In this document: positions 40,935 through 54,252 of the stretch, in pieces
How positions within the stretch are numbered: position 1 is the stretch's first letter
How the letters are laid out: the number at the start of each line of letters is the position of its first letter
DNA from: Azolla caroliniana
Lineage: Eukaryota; Plantae; Polypodiophyta
Length of the DNA stretch: 64,000 nucleotides
Assembly (NCBI GenBank): GCA_043228905.1
Contig: JBHGNT010000012.1
Coordinates: 13,640,001 to 13,704,000, forward strand
Direction of reading: 5' to 3'
Notes under the pieces: model-generated
Told to the model about the DNA's origin: nothing
What the model saw: the letters and a program-made list of their open reading frames with translations, nothing else
Databases searched by the model: none
Position numbers and translations under genes: made by a program

Positions 40935-43900
40935 ATTGTGCCTCAATCACGTGCCTTGTTTGGTTGTGAGTCATTGAAGTTCATTTGACCTTTTATTGCT
41001 TCATATCCCTCTAATGTATTCTCGGCTTTATGACGTTGATTATGACCTTCATCTTTTTTAGGACAATTTCCTCACATAATGATATATATTGGATGACCAA
41101 CACATCCATGTCACAATGGTTAGAATCTAAATAAATTAGAGAAAAACACAATTATTTATGTATAGATAGGATTTTCAGGGGGTTGGAGGCTCCATCCGCA
41201 ACATTGAGCAACTTCCAAGTTTTAGCTAGAGTCATCCTCAAAAGCTCGATGTAACTGAATTCGATCTCACTCCAGAGTCCACTACTTCATCCATATCTAA
41301 GAAGTAAAACCAGCTTGATGGCAACCTATTAATTCTCCTTGTTGGTGTGTGATAGCGTTGCCAAGCAATAGATATGACCTTGTCCACGTAATGAATGGCA
41401 TTGGCATGAACCTGTTTGATCATCATCTTAACATGATCTATTGTCATGACATTAGCTGCTTTGAGTTTATGTGCTCATGTGGTGCTCAATAACCTCTTGC
41501 TTTCGTGCATGGTCATTAGCCTTTGATGTAGTAGCTTGGAAGTGCTCATAGTGTTCTTCTAGATTGGATTTGGCCAATTGAACCCTTAATGATATTCTTT
41601 TGGATTCTTCTAGGTTGGGGCAAGCTTTGGTGTTAGAGGTGATTTCATCAGCCAATGTTGTAGAGTTCATGATCAATGCGTCAAACTACCAAGACAAGAA
41701 CAATGAGAGTTTGTAACAAAAAAGGAGAGGGACGAGCACAAACAAGAGATGGAGATAGTGTCAGATTAGAGAAGCAAAGATATATGCTAAAATTTTGCTC
41801 CATTAAATTGCGAATACAACATTTATTTACCAAAGTGTTCACCTTATCTCTACCAAACTTCGGGTCCAACTAATCCTAGACTTCGAGTTTGAGCGATAGA
41901 AACCTTCCCAACAAGCAAGAAATCTCTTAGTAATAAATGCATTTTTCTTTACGCATGGAAACTTTAATCCTCCCCCTTAAATGGGTGTTTGAATAAGAGT
42001 GTACGTGATGTGTGATTGCCACTTGGCACATATGTGTCAATGTGATGTATGATAGTTGTTGCTACTCAGAGAGGCATATTGGGAAAAAATGCGCAAGAAA
42101 AAATTCTCTTCTCCACTATCCTCATCTTTATGCAAGAAAGTATGATTACATATCGTTCCCACTCTACCCAATTGAGATGATCCACGGCAAAATGATATTG
42201 GAATATATGCTCATTCTCCTTAAGTTGCCATAGTTCAATCAACAATGAGGCTCATCTCATAAGTGTAAGTATTGTTGTTACCCATTGTATCTATTTTCAA
42301 AGTACTTTGTTTGGTGTACGAAAGGTGAAGAAAGTATGATGTATGCTTGGGTGTTATACCCCACCTAGTTCAATACTTGCATCACATACCTTAAATTACT
42401 TGAAAAAGGCAATTATATTGTTTTAAACTGTTAATTAAAAACATGAAGGCTTTGTACATACAATATTAGATCAAATAACCTTAACCTCAAGTCATGATCC
42501 ATAATGGATCAATTTGTTCAATAAGAATGGAGGCACTTTAATAAAACTAATGATATTAAAATTTAATCAGCTATTTCTAGTATTGTTGAGTACATTTGGG
42601 CCAGTTTTTTATTTCCATTGAACAAAAGCCAAATACCCAAATTTTCTAGCCACAAACAAATTTATCACTAGTCAAGATCCACTAGAGGGAAATGCAAGCA
42701 ATATCTATATTTCAGTTTCGTGTGTTGTGCAATGACAATGCTTTCACACCATAGAACTTGTTATATTCATCTAATTGGTAGAGTGGCTAAACTCTGGATT
42801 TTCAAGTTCTACAACCTAGATGCACATTTTCATAAGAGATCAATTTGCCGATGACTAAATTTCCTTGTAATCAGGGTTTATTCTTGATGAAAATGCGATG
42901 ATTGAGAAAGAGCAAATACTGCTGCCTGATTCCATGGTATGCAATGTCTTCACCCAAAAATAAGAGAGCTCCGGTTAATTCCTTACATTTAGTAAATTTG
43001 TGGATAGTTGCACCTGTGAACTGAGTAAAAAGTAAGATTGAATCTCTAATTTGCCATAAAGATCTGTAGAAGTAGCAACAATGTGAGAGTATGCTATGCA
43101 TTAAATTTTACCATCTTGAATATCATGGCTACCTCACATCCATTGTAATTTCCAATTCATCTTCAGAGGTTTCCAATAGAAATAAAAATATAATGAATAG
43201 CACCTTACAAAATGCACATTGAAAACCCCATCCAACACACTTTTATGAAACAAATATGATGTGCAATGGTGTTATCAAGCATTCACCAATTCACAAATTC
43301 ATTCTTAAACTTTGGCTAGAGTGAAATTAATCTGACTCGCATGTATTACAAGAACATGCAACGGTCTTCTCAAACATCGCAAAAGCTTGCTTCAGCTAAA
43401 TTGAATGAATTTACTCCGCAGGTAAAAGAAAATAATTAATGGTGTTGTCAAAGCTTCTTATATGTTGTGATAAAAATAACCAAGAAAAAAGACCTTCAAT
43501 GCATAAAAATAGGCAACAGTTCGAGGTAAACAAGTAGATCAAATGGATCCAGTTTCATGGAAATATGTGGAACCACAATCAATGCCATGTTTTACAATAA
43601 ACCTGAAACCAAACTTGTATTATCAAAATTGTATACGATTATGCTGATATTGTAGGCCATATCAAAATTGTAGCCTATTTATGTACATCTGCAATGTTTC
43701 GCCTATTTCTGCACCCTGAGACAAGGAAGACATTTTGTATTCGAGTTCAACATGACTAGATATTAACATAGATAAATTGACAATAAGCTTATGCATTCTC
43801 TAGCCACCAATAATTCTGCTATATAAAGATGAGGCGGATTAGTGTTAGGATGGAATATAAGTGATCCAGTCTTACATAAGCAGTGCTCCACTCCATAAGA

Positions 43901-45074
43901 TAATCTTACACAGAGCTACTCAGTTGAGGATTCATGGTTGATCCGATTCTGTAGGCTTAGACACTTAATTAAGTATTGTCTTTCCATATTTAAACGATTG
44001 TCTGTTCCCTCATTTTTGTCTACTGAGAATGTGATAACATATAACGTTTTCATCTCTAACTGACTATTAATGTCAGCAGTTGTAATCCTTGTAGATCTCA
44101 TAGACCTATGCTTGATTACGGAATCCAATAAAAACAGGAAGACACATACAACTTTCCCATTTCTGTGTTAATGTCACTTCCTGTAATGCCATGTCCCTAA
44201 TTTCTGCTGCAAGTGATTCATTGATTACATTATTCCTTCTCTTTGCTGAGTTACCTTTGATGCATTGATCTTTGTTGCCCTGATGCTTGTTCTATTAAGG
44301 TCTTGGCTGCACAAGACCTGCATAATGCATAGGTTAAGCTTTGGTATCCCACAATGGAGGATCTATATAGCATGGAAAACCCCAGAAAGAAGGATAGGAA
44401 GTAGTGGGATGGGTCCACCCCAAGTAATGATCAGAGGGCATCTCTATCATGGGCTATTTTTGCCTCTCCTCAATAGATGTTACATTTTCTAGCTAAAGAG
44501 ATTTGATAGTCAAACTCGATAAAACTAAAACGATTGTGTTTAACATCAATCTAAGTATGGGTAACAAGATCAGAACCGGGAATCTTCTGTGGACAGGAAA
44601 AAAGTGACCTTACACATGATCCTACAAATACGTAGGTGTAACATTCACATGGGCCACAGTTCTTCCTATGGCAGGTTGCTTGTCTCAACCTTCTCATGAA
44701 AATGGAGCCCTTGGTGCCCTTGAGAGATAATGTGCACATACCTAGTTCCAAGACCACAAATTAAATTGTGGTGGTTTGATACGCTTGTAGCTCCAACTCC
44801 TTTCTACAGAGCCTTGATAGGCACATAGCTAGAAAGATTTGGGGAAACTGATAGATAGTGAGAAAGGCCAAAAAGGTAAATTTTCACTATTTATGAATAG
44901 GTATATAACTTAATAGAAAATGAGGGTTTTCTATGCCTGCCAAAATATTTTTCTGTGTGTCTTTCTTTGTGCTCTCTTGCTTTGTGTGCTGTTCACCATT
45001 TTCGTGCAGGAAAACAGCAGTTCGTTCGCTTCTCGTTGCTCCTCCAATAGAAACCTTATTCCCCATCACATAAT

Positions 45075-48000
45075 AAAAGAAAAATGAGAAAGCACAATTG
45101 TTCAATAATATACATTGGTATGTCACATGAGGAGGGAGAAAGTACAGAGATCGCTCATATTTACATGAGGAGAAAGTTCCTGTTTATAAAGGCCAAGATC
45201 TGGCCGTTGGGCTAACTAGCTGTTGCAGCTGACTAGCCATTATAACTTTTAATCATTCTCAACACTCCACCTCAAGATGGGCGAAAAATATCCACTAAGC
45301 CCATCTTGTCACACAATCTAGTAAGACTTAATCTAATACATATTTTCGCTGAGATAGAACAACTCCTGCTCCACAAGCTACCTCAATTCCAAGAAAGTAT
45401 CGTAGCAATCCTAGATCCTTCACATCAAACTCTTTACCCAGTTGCACCTTCAGCTCGGCAATTTCTCCTTCATCGTTACCCGTCATAATTATATTATCCA
45501 CATACACAGCAAGTAATGTAGTATGCTCCTTGTGTTGTCAAAAAAACACAGCAATCTCCTCGAGTCTGTTGGTATCCTATACCCACCATAGCCCTTCTTA
45601 ACTTGTTGAACTAGGCTCGAGGAGATTGTTTTAGTCCATAAAGTGACTTCCTTAGTTTGCAAACCTTACCGAATGTTTGAATTGTAGCAAAACCTGGGGG
45701 GATATCCATGTACACTTCCTCCATCAACTCTCCATGAAGGATTGCATTTCTTACATCTAATTGATGTAATTTCCAATCCTAATTCATTGCTAAGGAAATA
45801 AGTGTTCTAATAGTGCTCTTCTTCGCTACAAGTGCAAAAGTCTCATCGTAATCAATGCCATATGTCTGACTCTATCCCTTCGCCACTAATCGTGCCTTTT
45901 ATCGATCTATTTTTCCCTCTTGGGTCTGTTTTATTGTAAACGCCCATTTGCACCCAACCGCCTTCTTTCCTGGTGGTAGTGACACAGTCTCCCAAGTTTT
46001 GTTCTTCTCAAGAGCTTCGAGTTCTTTTTGCATGGCTGCTTTTCACTTTGGATCTTCTATAACAACCTGCCAACACTTGCGTAAAGTGACAAAGTCTAAT
46101 GATGCAATGAATGCTCTATGTGTAGTTGATATGTTAGAATAAGAGATAAAGTGAGCAATATCATGAGGAAAACCATAACGATCAAGAGGGAGTCCTGCAT
46201 TACTGCGAGAGGTCCTCCTAACCTCTATAGGAGAAGGAGAAAGAAGAAAGAAAGAAAGAAAGAAAGATATATTAACATCTTTTAAGAGGCCAAAATGGCC
46301 TATACGACCAAATAAGAGATTACATCTTAAGTGTCATCTCGTCTTGAGAACAAATCAAAATAAAATAAATATTACACAGTAAATATAAAAGTAAATAACA
46401 CGAAAAGAAAATTAATGAGGGAATTTGGTTTTTGGCACATGTGAGATCCTCAAATTAGGTATATTATAGCTTTTGTCTTCGAAAGACCTCTAGCATAGAT
46501 CGATCCAGAATGGAAATGTCTCCAAAGCGAGGGACGCACCTACGATGGCGGGAGATAATGGCTTTTATCTGTCGAGGTCGTGGTCCATGGGGCCAAGGCC
46601 TACGTGCACGGCAAATTGCCATTGCCCGATCAATTGTAGCCCCTTTGTTATGTCCTGGTTTGAAGCCCATTTGTGTATCTTGGGGTTGATTTCTAGCATT
46701 AGGAGTGATGGGGCTAAAGAAAGTTGTGATTGTTCTTTGTGGATGAGCTTGTGTGGCTGTATTCTTCAACAACTTTTCCCGATGTCTCTTGAGCTCTAGC
46801 AAGAAAAGTCCTAAGCATCATTGGTCCTCATATTCCATTACCTTGCGTAGTGGGCCAAAGCCTTGCTTAAAGAGGCAATGGTATCTCCCTCTGATTTCAT
46901 AAAAGACACTACAATCACAAACATAGTGTTCTTCAGATTCCACTCCTTGATGACACAATTGACAAATTCTCGCTTCTAGAGGTAGTCGTGTATATCTGCC
47001 TACCTCAATCTGTAGCTGATGTGATGAGGTTCGCAGTTGCCCTATCACACTACGTAGTGCATAGGATAGATGTATGTCCATATAAGGTGGCCTGATGACA
47101 AATCCATCCTCCGATGCATGTAAGAAGTGTCTTATAGTGGGTCATCTTTGTACCAAGTGGTATTTTGGGGCTGATCCATGTTATCTTGTTTCCCAAGTTA
47201 ATAATATCAGTTCGGATCACTCTATTCTTTTCCACTTTGGTCATATTTAGATGGGGACAGTCCAAGCTATATTGGAACGGGGGTAGTGCATTTATACTCA
47301 TGCCATGTGACTTGAACCATTGCTGCATTTTAGCATACCAACAATGAGTGTCTCCATTTTCAGCCAGCTGTTTTGATAACATAAGTGCCAACCTTGGGTA
47401 CCTTCGTTTAGGGAGCTCCCAAAGACGTTGGATAAATGTCACTAATCGGAACAACGCCTCGGTTATTATAGGTGCTGCTTCCATCTCTGCCCGGATTATA
47501 TCGTGGGGCATCGATACTTTGTTCCTTACCATGCGAGCAATCATTGACGCTAAAGGCCTCTCTAAATCTTTCCAATGGTTTGCCTTATTAAGACTCGGTC
47601 CCCATGTCTCTACTCCATAGAGAAGAGTTGGTGTGACAAGTGTATCAAATAACCATAGCTTAGTCCATGGCTCTTGGAATTGCAAATGTGCACATTGTCT
47701 CTCGAGAGCACCAAGGGCTGCATATGCACGAGAAAGTCGGGCACAAGCGGCCTCTTGTAAGGAGAACCTAGGTCCTGTAAATGTTACTCCTAGGTATGTG
47801 TAGGAGCGTGTGTATTCCACCTTGTCCTCTCCCAAGAAGAATTCTGGTTCTGATCTTGAGGAAATAATCACCTGTTTCTGCGTTTGGGAGTTCTATAGGT
47901 ATTTCAGAAGTTGAGGCAGGCCAGGACATGGAACTTGATAGCACAAGTGGCACTGAAGATGTGTTTATATTTTCTTCTTTCTGCCTCCTCTTCCGTGTAT

Positions 48001-50896
48001 ACACCTTTAGCACCCCCTCAGTTTGAGTCCCAACACATATAGGTTCCTCATTTTCTTTTCCTTCTTCTTCCTTATCTCCTACGTTCACTTGTTCATCAGC
48101 TGATGTACGGATCAACAAAGGAATTGATCCTATTTTTAGCAACCTCTCACCATTATCTCCTTCCCTCATATTTTCGGTCTCAATTAAGTCATCAAATGGT
48201 GAAGTTACCTCTTGTTTATAATATGGCTCTGACTCTACTGGACTCCAAAAAACCTACCCTTTTTGTGTGGCAGAGTATCCCACAAATACACATTTCACAA
48301 CTCTAGGATAAAGTTTTCCTACAAATGGTTTATTGTCCTTTACAAAACACACACATCAAAACACCTTCAAAGGAAGGATTCTAGAGTTATTCCCTTGCAA
48401 CAACTCACATGGAGACTTCCACGCCAGTACTCTAGAGGGCATTCTATTCATCAATGCGGCAGCTGTCAAAACTGCCTGTCCCCACAGCCGCTTTGGGACA
48501 TTCAAAGAAATCATCATGCTTCTTGTTACCTCTAGAAAATGTCTATTCTTCCTCTCTGCTACTCCATTTTGTGCTGGTGTATATGGGCATGTAGTTTGAT
48601 GTTGTATTCCTTGATCTAAGAGTTATGCCCTAAATGTAATGTTAGCATACTCTGTTCCATTATCAGACCTCAACACTTTTACTATTGCACCATATGGAGT
48701 TTGAACTGCTCTATGAAAATCTTTAAAACAAGAAAATACTTCATTCTTTTTCCTCATCAAATATAACCAAGTCATACGAGAGAACCAGTCAATGAAAGAG
48801 ACAAAATATCGATATCCATTAATAGAACTTGTGGAACACGGTCCCCAAACATCGGAGTGTATTACATCAAATGCATGGGAACTCCTATGACCTAAACTAA
48901 CACATGAGCTTTTCGTAAGCTTACCAAATTCACATGCATCACAAACAAGTTTCGTTTTATCAGCCTTTTCAAAAAGGTGTGGATACACCCGACTCAAAAC
49001 ACCATAAGAGGTATGTTCCATACGTTGGTGGTAAAGTATCAACAAGTCCTCATAACTCATTTTAGATCCCCTTACATCTGTTCTCTCTACCATAGATGCT
49101 AATGCTAAATCCAGCCCTTCACGATCCAAATACCATAGTCCACTATGCCATGTGCCAATCCCAAGTCTCCGACCTATCCCTTTCTCTTGGAATATCACCC
49201 TGGGAATATCAAAAGAAACAACACATTTTAGTTGGTGTATTATAGAACTTATGGATAATTGGTTTACTAGGAAAGGAGCATGCAACACATTAGACAATGT
49301 CACAGAGTCAGTACATTTCATTGTACCTATACCAACTACAAGTTGTGTTGTACCGTCAACAATTTGAATGCTCTCTGGCATTGTTAAGTGAGTATACGAG
49401 GAGTATTCACTATCATTACCTATCACATGCCTAGATGCACTAGAATCAATTATCCATTTTGGTGTAGAGGCAAGAGTATTTGTGTTGCTAGTACTTGTGG
49501 CTGAATAAGCATAGGTGGCAACGTTACCTCTTGACATGAATGAAGTATCATCTGCAGCTCTTTGCTTCCTCCTAAGTATTTCTAAGAGAGCTTGATCCTC
49601 TTCGGTGAACACTACCTTAGTTCCTTCCTCTTCTTTTGCTACCATCAGGTTTGCTTTGTGACCTCCTCTTCGGCCCCCTCTACCACGACCTCTAGTTTGT
49701 CCACATCCTCCATATTCCCTCTCCTTAGATGGTTTAGGGCAAGCATTCTTTAAATGACCAGCTTCACCACAATTGTAGCATTTTCGATTTTCACTTCCAC
49801 TTGAATTTGACACCATTATTGCCAATCGTACCCCTGGAAGTCCGGCGGTGTCAGAAAGCAGCTTCATTCTACTCTCCTCCAGTATCATAGTTGCAATTGC
49901 CTCATCAAGGGTGGGAATTTCAGGTTTGGCTAGAAGAACTGCCTTTCTTTGATCAAATGACAAGTTAAGATGTTTCAAAAATTGCATGGTTCTTCTTTGA
50001 GCAGAAACCTCCTTGCTCTTACATTGAGGATCACTGCACACTGTCACAGGCGAGAAATGATCATATTCTGCCCATAGATGCTTCAGCTTTATGGCATATT
50101 CCTTAATCATCCCATCTCCCTGCTAGACGACATCTATCTCCTGCTCGATTTAAAATACTCTCATGTTGTGGTGATTGATGGAACCATGGAGTTGAGAAAC
50201 CATGTATACAAAGACATGTGTGTAGCTCTCCATGCTTTCCATTCACTACTGGTTTTAACAACAGTTTCTTTCTCTTCTCCCGTTAGGTAGCCGTCAAGGC
50301 TTCTCCTTGCCAAAGCACCCATAATCCGACGCGATCAGCTCAAGTACGTGGCTGGTCCATCAAGCTTGAACTCAATTAGGAGGAGTTCAAGTCGAGGTGG
50401 TGGTTGTGTTCCTGTCACACCTCCAGATGCTACAATCTCAGCCTGCTTCATGTATTTCATCAATGTTTTCACCTCGTCCTTGTTCAAATTTGAGAACACC
50501 TCATCCATCTTCTAGCTTAGCCTATCTCTGCTCTCCTCTTCTGACTTCTTTTCTCAAGTCTCCTCTCAATCACATAATGTCATCCCAAAAGGAGAAGCCC
50601 CCTTTCCTCTCTTGGATGCTAGGACAGTGCAGTTCCGATCGCTATCATACCAGCAGAGGGGTGGATCTAGGGTTTTGCGGAGGGGCGGATCTATGCTCTG
50701 ATGCCAAATAGAAAAATGAGAAAGCACATTTGTTCAGTAATATACATTGGTATGTCACAACAAGAGGGAGAAAGTACAGAGATCGCTCATATTTACATGA
50801 GGAAAAAGTTCCTCTTTATAAAGGCCAAGATCTGGCCGTTGGGCTAACTAGCTGTTAGAGCTGACTAGCCGTTATAACTTTGAATCATTCTCAACA
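45075..50896 (-). mobile_element. Ty1/Copia element D (short LTRs, Ale/Retrofit-like), defective
   Basis: About 190-bp LTRs at 45075-45264 and 50707-50896; PBS TGGCATCAGAGC at 50695-50706; PPT 45265; probable TSD ATAAT; ORF 48623-50110 with CYNCGEAGHLKNAC, WIIDSSAS and integrase. Confidence 0.9.
46238..47862 (-). mobile_element. 5'-truncated RTE-like LINE inserted in Copia D
   Basis: YTYLGVTF, LFDTLVTPTLLYGVETWG, RICQLC..ESEEHYVCDC; (TTTC)n tail at about 46240-46266. Confidence 0.88.
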
Positions 50897-52601
50897 ATAA
50901 TATAGGCGGAGATGAGAGTAGATAGAGGCCAGTATCCACCGTATTTGGGAGATCATACTGGCATTTATGCATTAAAACAATTTGTTTCATTAACATGGAG
51001 GTAGCTTGGCTTCGTAAAAGATATTAATATAACTTTCTCTCTTTTGGTTATTCTTTTTCGATGTTAGTTTTTCCAGATGATTCATATTGTTTTTAATAAC
51101 TATCCACCATTTCACTTACATGAAGTAATGATATGTTTTTTATTTCTATTTTTGTAATATCTAATGAACACAATATCTACCTGTGCTGTTATCAATCGGC
51201 GGTCATGATTGTATGTCCTGAGAATACAAAGACAAAATCAGTAAAAAAATTAAAGATGCGCACAAACAATTCAACACATAAAACCTCAAAAATCTTGTAA
51301 TCATGATGTTTGGATAACTCTTTTAAGAGTTTTCTTTGATTCATTATTTCCAACATCATGAATTGACAATATTGCCTCATCCTAAGAGAATATGCGAAAG
51401 TTATGAATAGGAGCCGAATTTCTTCAAATATAAATTTACTTTTCAAATTGATTGGACTTCCAAAATATGGATGAGTTTCAATGAGCTTTCCTGGCAGTGA
51501 AAGTTGTCTTTTACTAATAGAATTGGTTGTCCATGCTCCCATTAAGTAATGTTGTAATATAAAGATGGCTATATTCACTCATCAATGCGAATGCAACCAG
51601 AGATTTTGGAGGATATTTCCATATGTATTACAATATCAGCACGTTCTGTTGTCCTTACATGTTTCCAATTACTGGTGAAAATGAAAATGCACAATAACCC
51701 CAGCTACAAATCTCCGTAAATTGCATGTGTAGAAGTTCCTGGAAGAGAAAACAAGGACTTTATTGTTATCTATATTTATGACTCAATTTATATCACTACA
51801 TAAAGCAGCTAAAATTTATTGTGTCGATCAAACAAATAACCTTTATACAAGCTCTCTTTAAAGTAAGAAGGTGAAAAATGAGAATTTGGCAATGAGGTCC
51901 TCAACATCTTTTAAAAACCTCCTGGAGTCTATTCCATGCAACTTGGAAAAGTAACTCTGATGCTTTAGTAGAAGTAATCATTCTGAGAAATAGAACAAAT
52001 GAGAAAGTGATGGAGCTAACTAGCAATGCAGTATGAACAAGGGCAGTTGTAGTATGTTGTCCGTGGGACAGATTGGTAATTTGGGTATGAAACGAATCTG
52101 GATGTAGGTGAAGTAAGCAAACCGTAACAGGGAAGGTAGTGAAGATAATGCAACCGTGAAATAGGGAACCAAAACGAGTAAAGACTGAAGCACGCCAAGC
52201 GGGAAAGCAAACTATAAAAAACGTGAAGCACAAACGTAACAAGGGGGGAGGACAGAAGAGAGAAGAGTAGGCCCTAGTTAGAATAGAGTACTCAGGAACG
52301 TGGAATATCTGCTCATACTTTCTGTTGTAATTTTCGGCCGTGTGCCGTGTAATCACTATTCTGTATTACGTAATAAACATCTAGTTTTGGGTCAAATCTG
52401 GTCTGTGTCTTCACTGCATTTCTAAATATTAACTTCTCGGATTAAAATCGGGTCTTTACGGTTAACCAATCGTTCTGGGTACGAATCGGATGCCGAGGGA
52501 TCCCTCTCTCACCTTGACCTCCGCCACGTACCACAGTCCCCTGATCCAATTACCATAGGAGTAATCAAAGGTGTTGCTTCCACGAAGGAGACAACACAAT
52601 T

Positions 52602-52614
52602 TGGCATGCCCAGT
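52602..52614 (+). promoter_or_regulatory. Primer-binding site (tRNA-Arg-like, Tat/Ogre type)
   Basis: TGGCATGCCCAGT 5 nt after the 5' LTR. Confidence 0.7.
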
Positions 52615-52919
52615 TCACGCTGTGCATCACAGCGAACAAACGTCGGTGGAGACCCCCAGCCGCCATTACGGCGCCCAACCGTCTTACCCGCGCTCAGCTC
52701 CCATCCCGCCACGCCGAGCCAGCCGAGGATACCGCTGACTCCGCGATCACTCAGCACTCATCACCAAAAACCCCGGAATCACACCCCTCACCAATCATCC
52801 CCGATACACAAGGACATACCGGCCCCGAACTCACCACTCCTCCGAGTCCGCCGACAGTCTCTCAACAATCCGAGTTCAACCCTTTCCTGGCCCTACCGGA
52901 CGACCCAGATCTCGACGCA

Positions 52920-54021
52920 ATGCCGTACCACTCCTATACCCGCTACACGGATGGTCCCGACGCGAAACCTCACATCCGCTCTTTTCTCTCCACGTGCCAA
53001 GCCAACCATTCTACGCAATGCCTCACCGTTGAGGAGGTGGACGCCTCCAAAATCGCGGAATTTACCCTTTCGCTAGAAGGCCCCGCTGCATGGTGGTATT
53101 CGCACCACGATCCGGGGGAGTTTACCACATTCCAAGATGTCCGCACCCAGTTTCTGGTGTTATTCCACCAGGAGATCCCTAAGCGCGAATTGCTCCGTCA
53201 ATTCTATACCATTGCTCAGGGACCCAATGAAACGGTTTCCCAGTTTACCATCCTATTTCAAGACCTTTACCGGCAACTGGCAGAGGATGTGTCGGCCAAT
53301 CATTTAAAAGATACGTTCCTTGCCGGACTCCGGGAGCTGCTGAGCACGACGTTGGCCCTTACGGATTTTTCACAACACACTATCGAGCAAGTGGTCGCTC
53401 GTGTTCTTGCTTTAGATAGGGCTCATCATAACAATTCTTTCTCCATGGGCACACTCCAAACCACCTTGCCAACAACCGAAGAGACCTAGTTTCGGCAACC
53501 ACTGCAATGCACAACTTGTGCCAAGTCCGGTCACTCAGCTATCGATTGCCCTCTACGACCACATTGTCCCATCTGCCATTCTAGAGTACATACGGTTGAG
53601 CAATGTGAGTACAACATGCTCAACCGTACTAACTCGGTTCTGGTACAACAAATTGAGCCACGCCACGATCCTTCGCAACAGGATGAGCAACCACCACCAC
53701 GGAATAGAGACGCTGAACGACCTTGGGAGGATGATCGGCTTCACCGAAACGATGGCTGCCACCCTGAACCAGATCCCTATCACCGGGATCCCCACTACCG
53801 ACCGGAGCCACCATACTATCACAATTGACCACGCTATTATCGTGACGAGCACTATTATCTGGAGGAACCCTATTACCGTAATGACTACGATCAAGGAGAC
53901 TATTATGAACCCCGGTACCCACGGCACGATCGACCGGCCCCACATCATAATCGCGGCTTCCGACCTTCGGAGAATAATCGACGACCTTCGACAACCGTCG
54001 CCGAGACCCTCCGCACACTAA
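52920..54021 (+). pseudogene. Gag of element E (Retrotrans_gag plus two zinc knuckles)
   Basis: LSLEGPAAWWY..QGPNETVSQF; after the stop at 53487, CTTCAKSGHSAIDC and CPICHSRVHTVEQC. Confidence 0.8.
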
Positions 54022-54252
54022 TAATAGGCAGCCTCCCCAATCCGAGCCTCGTGAAACCTTCCGCAGTCCTATTCCCAGCAGGCCCGACACTAGCAACCAC
54101 GACACACAGCACAGCCTCAATTTGAGCAAGGAGATCCCAGTAACTTGGCCCTAGTAACATCCTTCAAGTGTAATCAACCAAGCCAAGTGCTCTCTTGCTC
54201 TCTGACTCCTAACTTCCATCCCTACTCGCCTTCCTGCTCTTTCGTGATAGCC

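Noticed and set aside
41238-41676. Two short minus-strand ORFs that look protein-like
   Set aside because: No recognisable motif or splice support; likely a decayed TE fragment.
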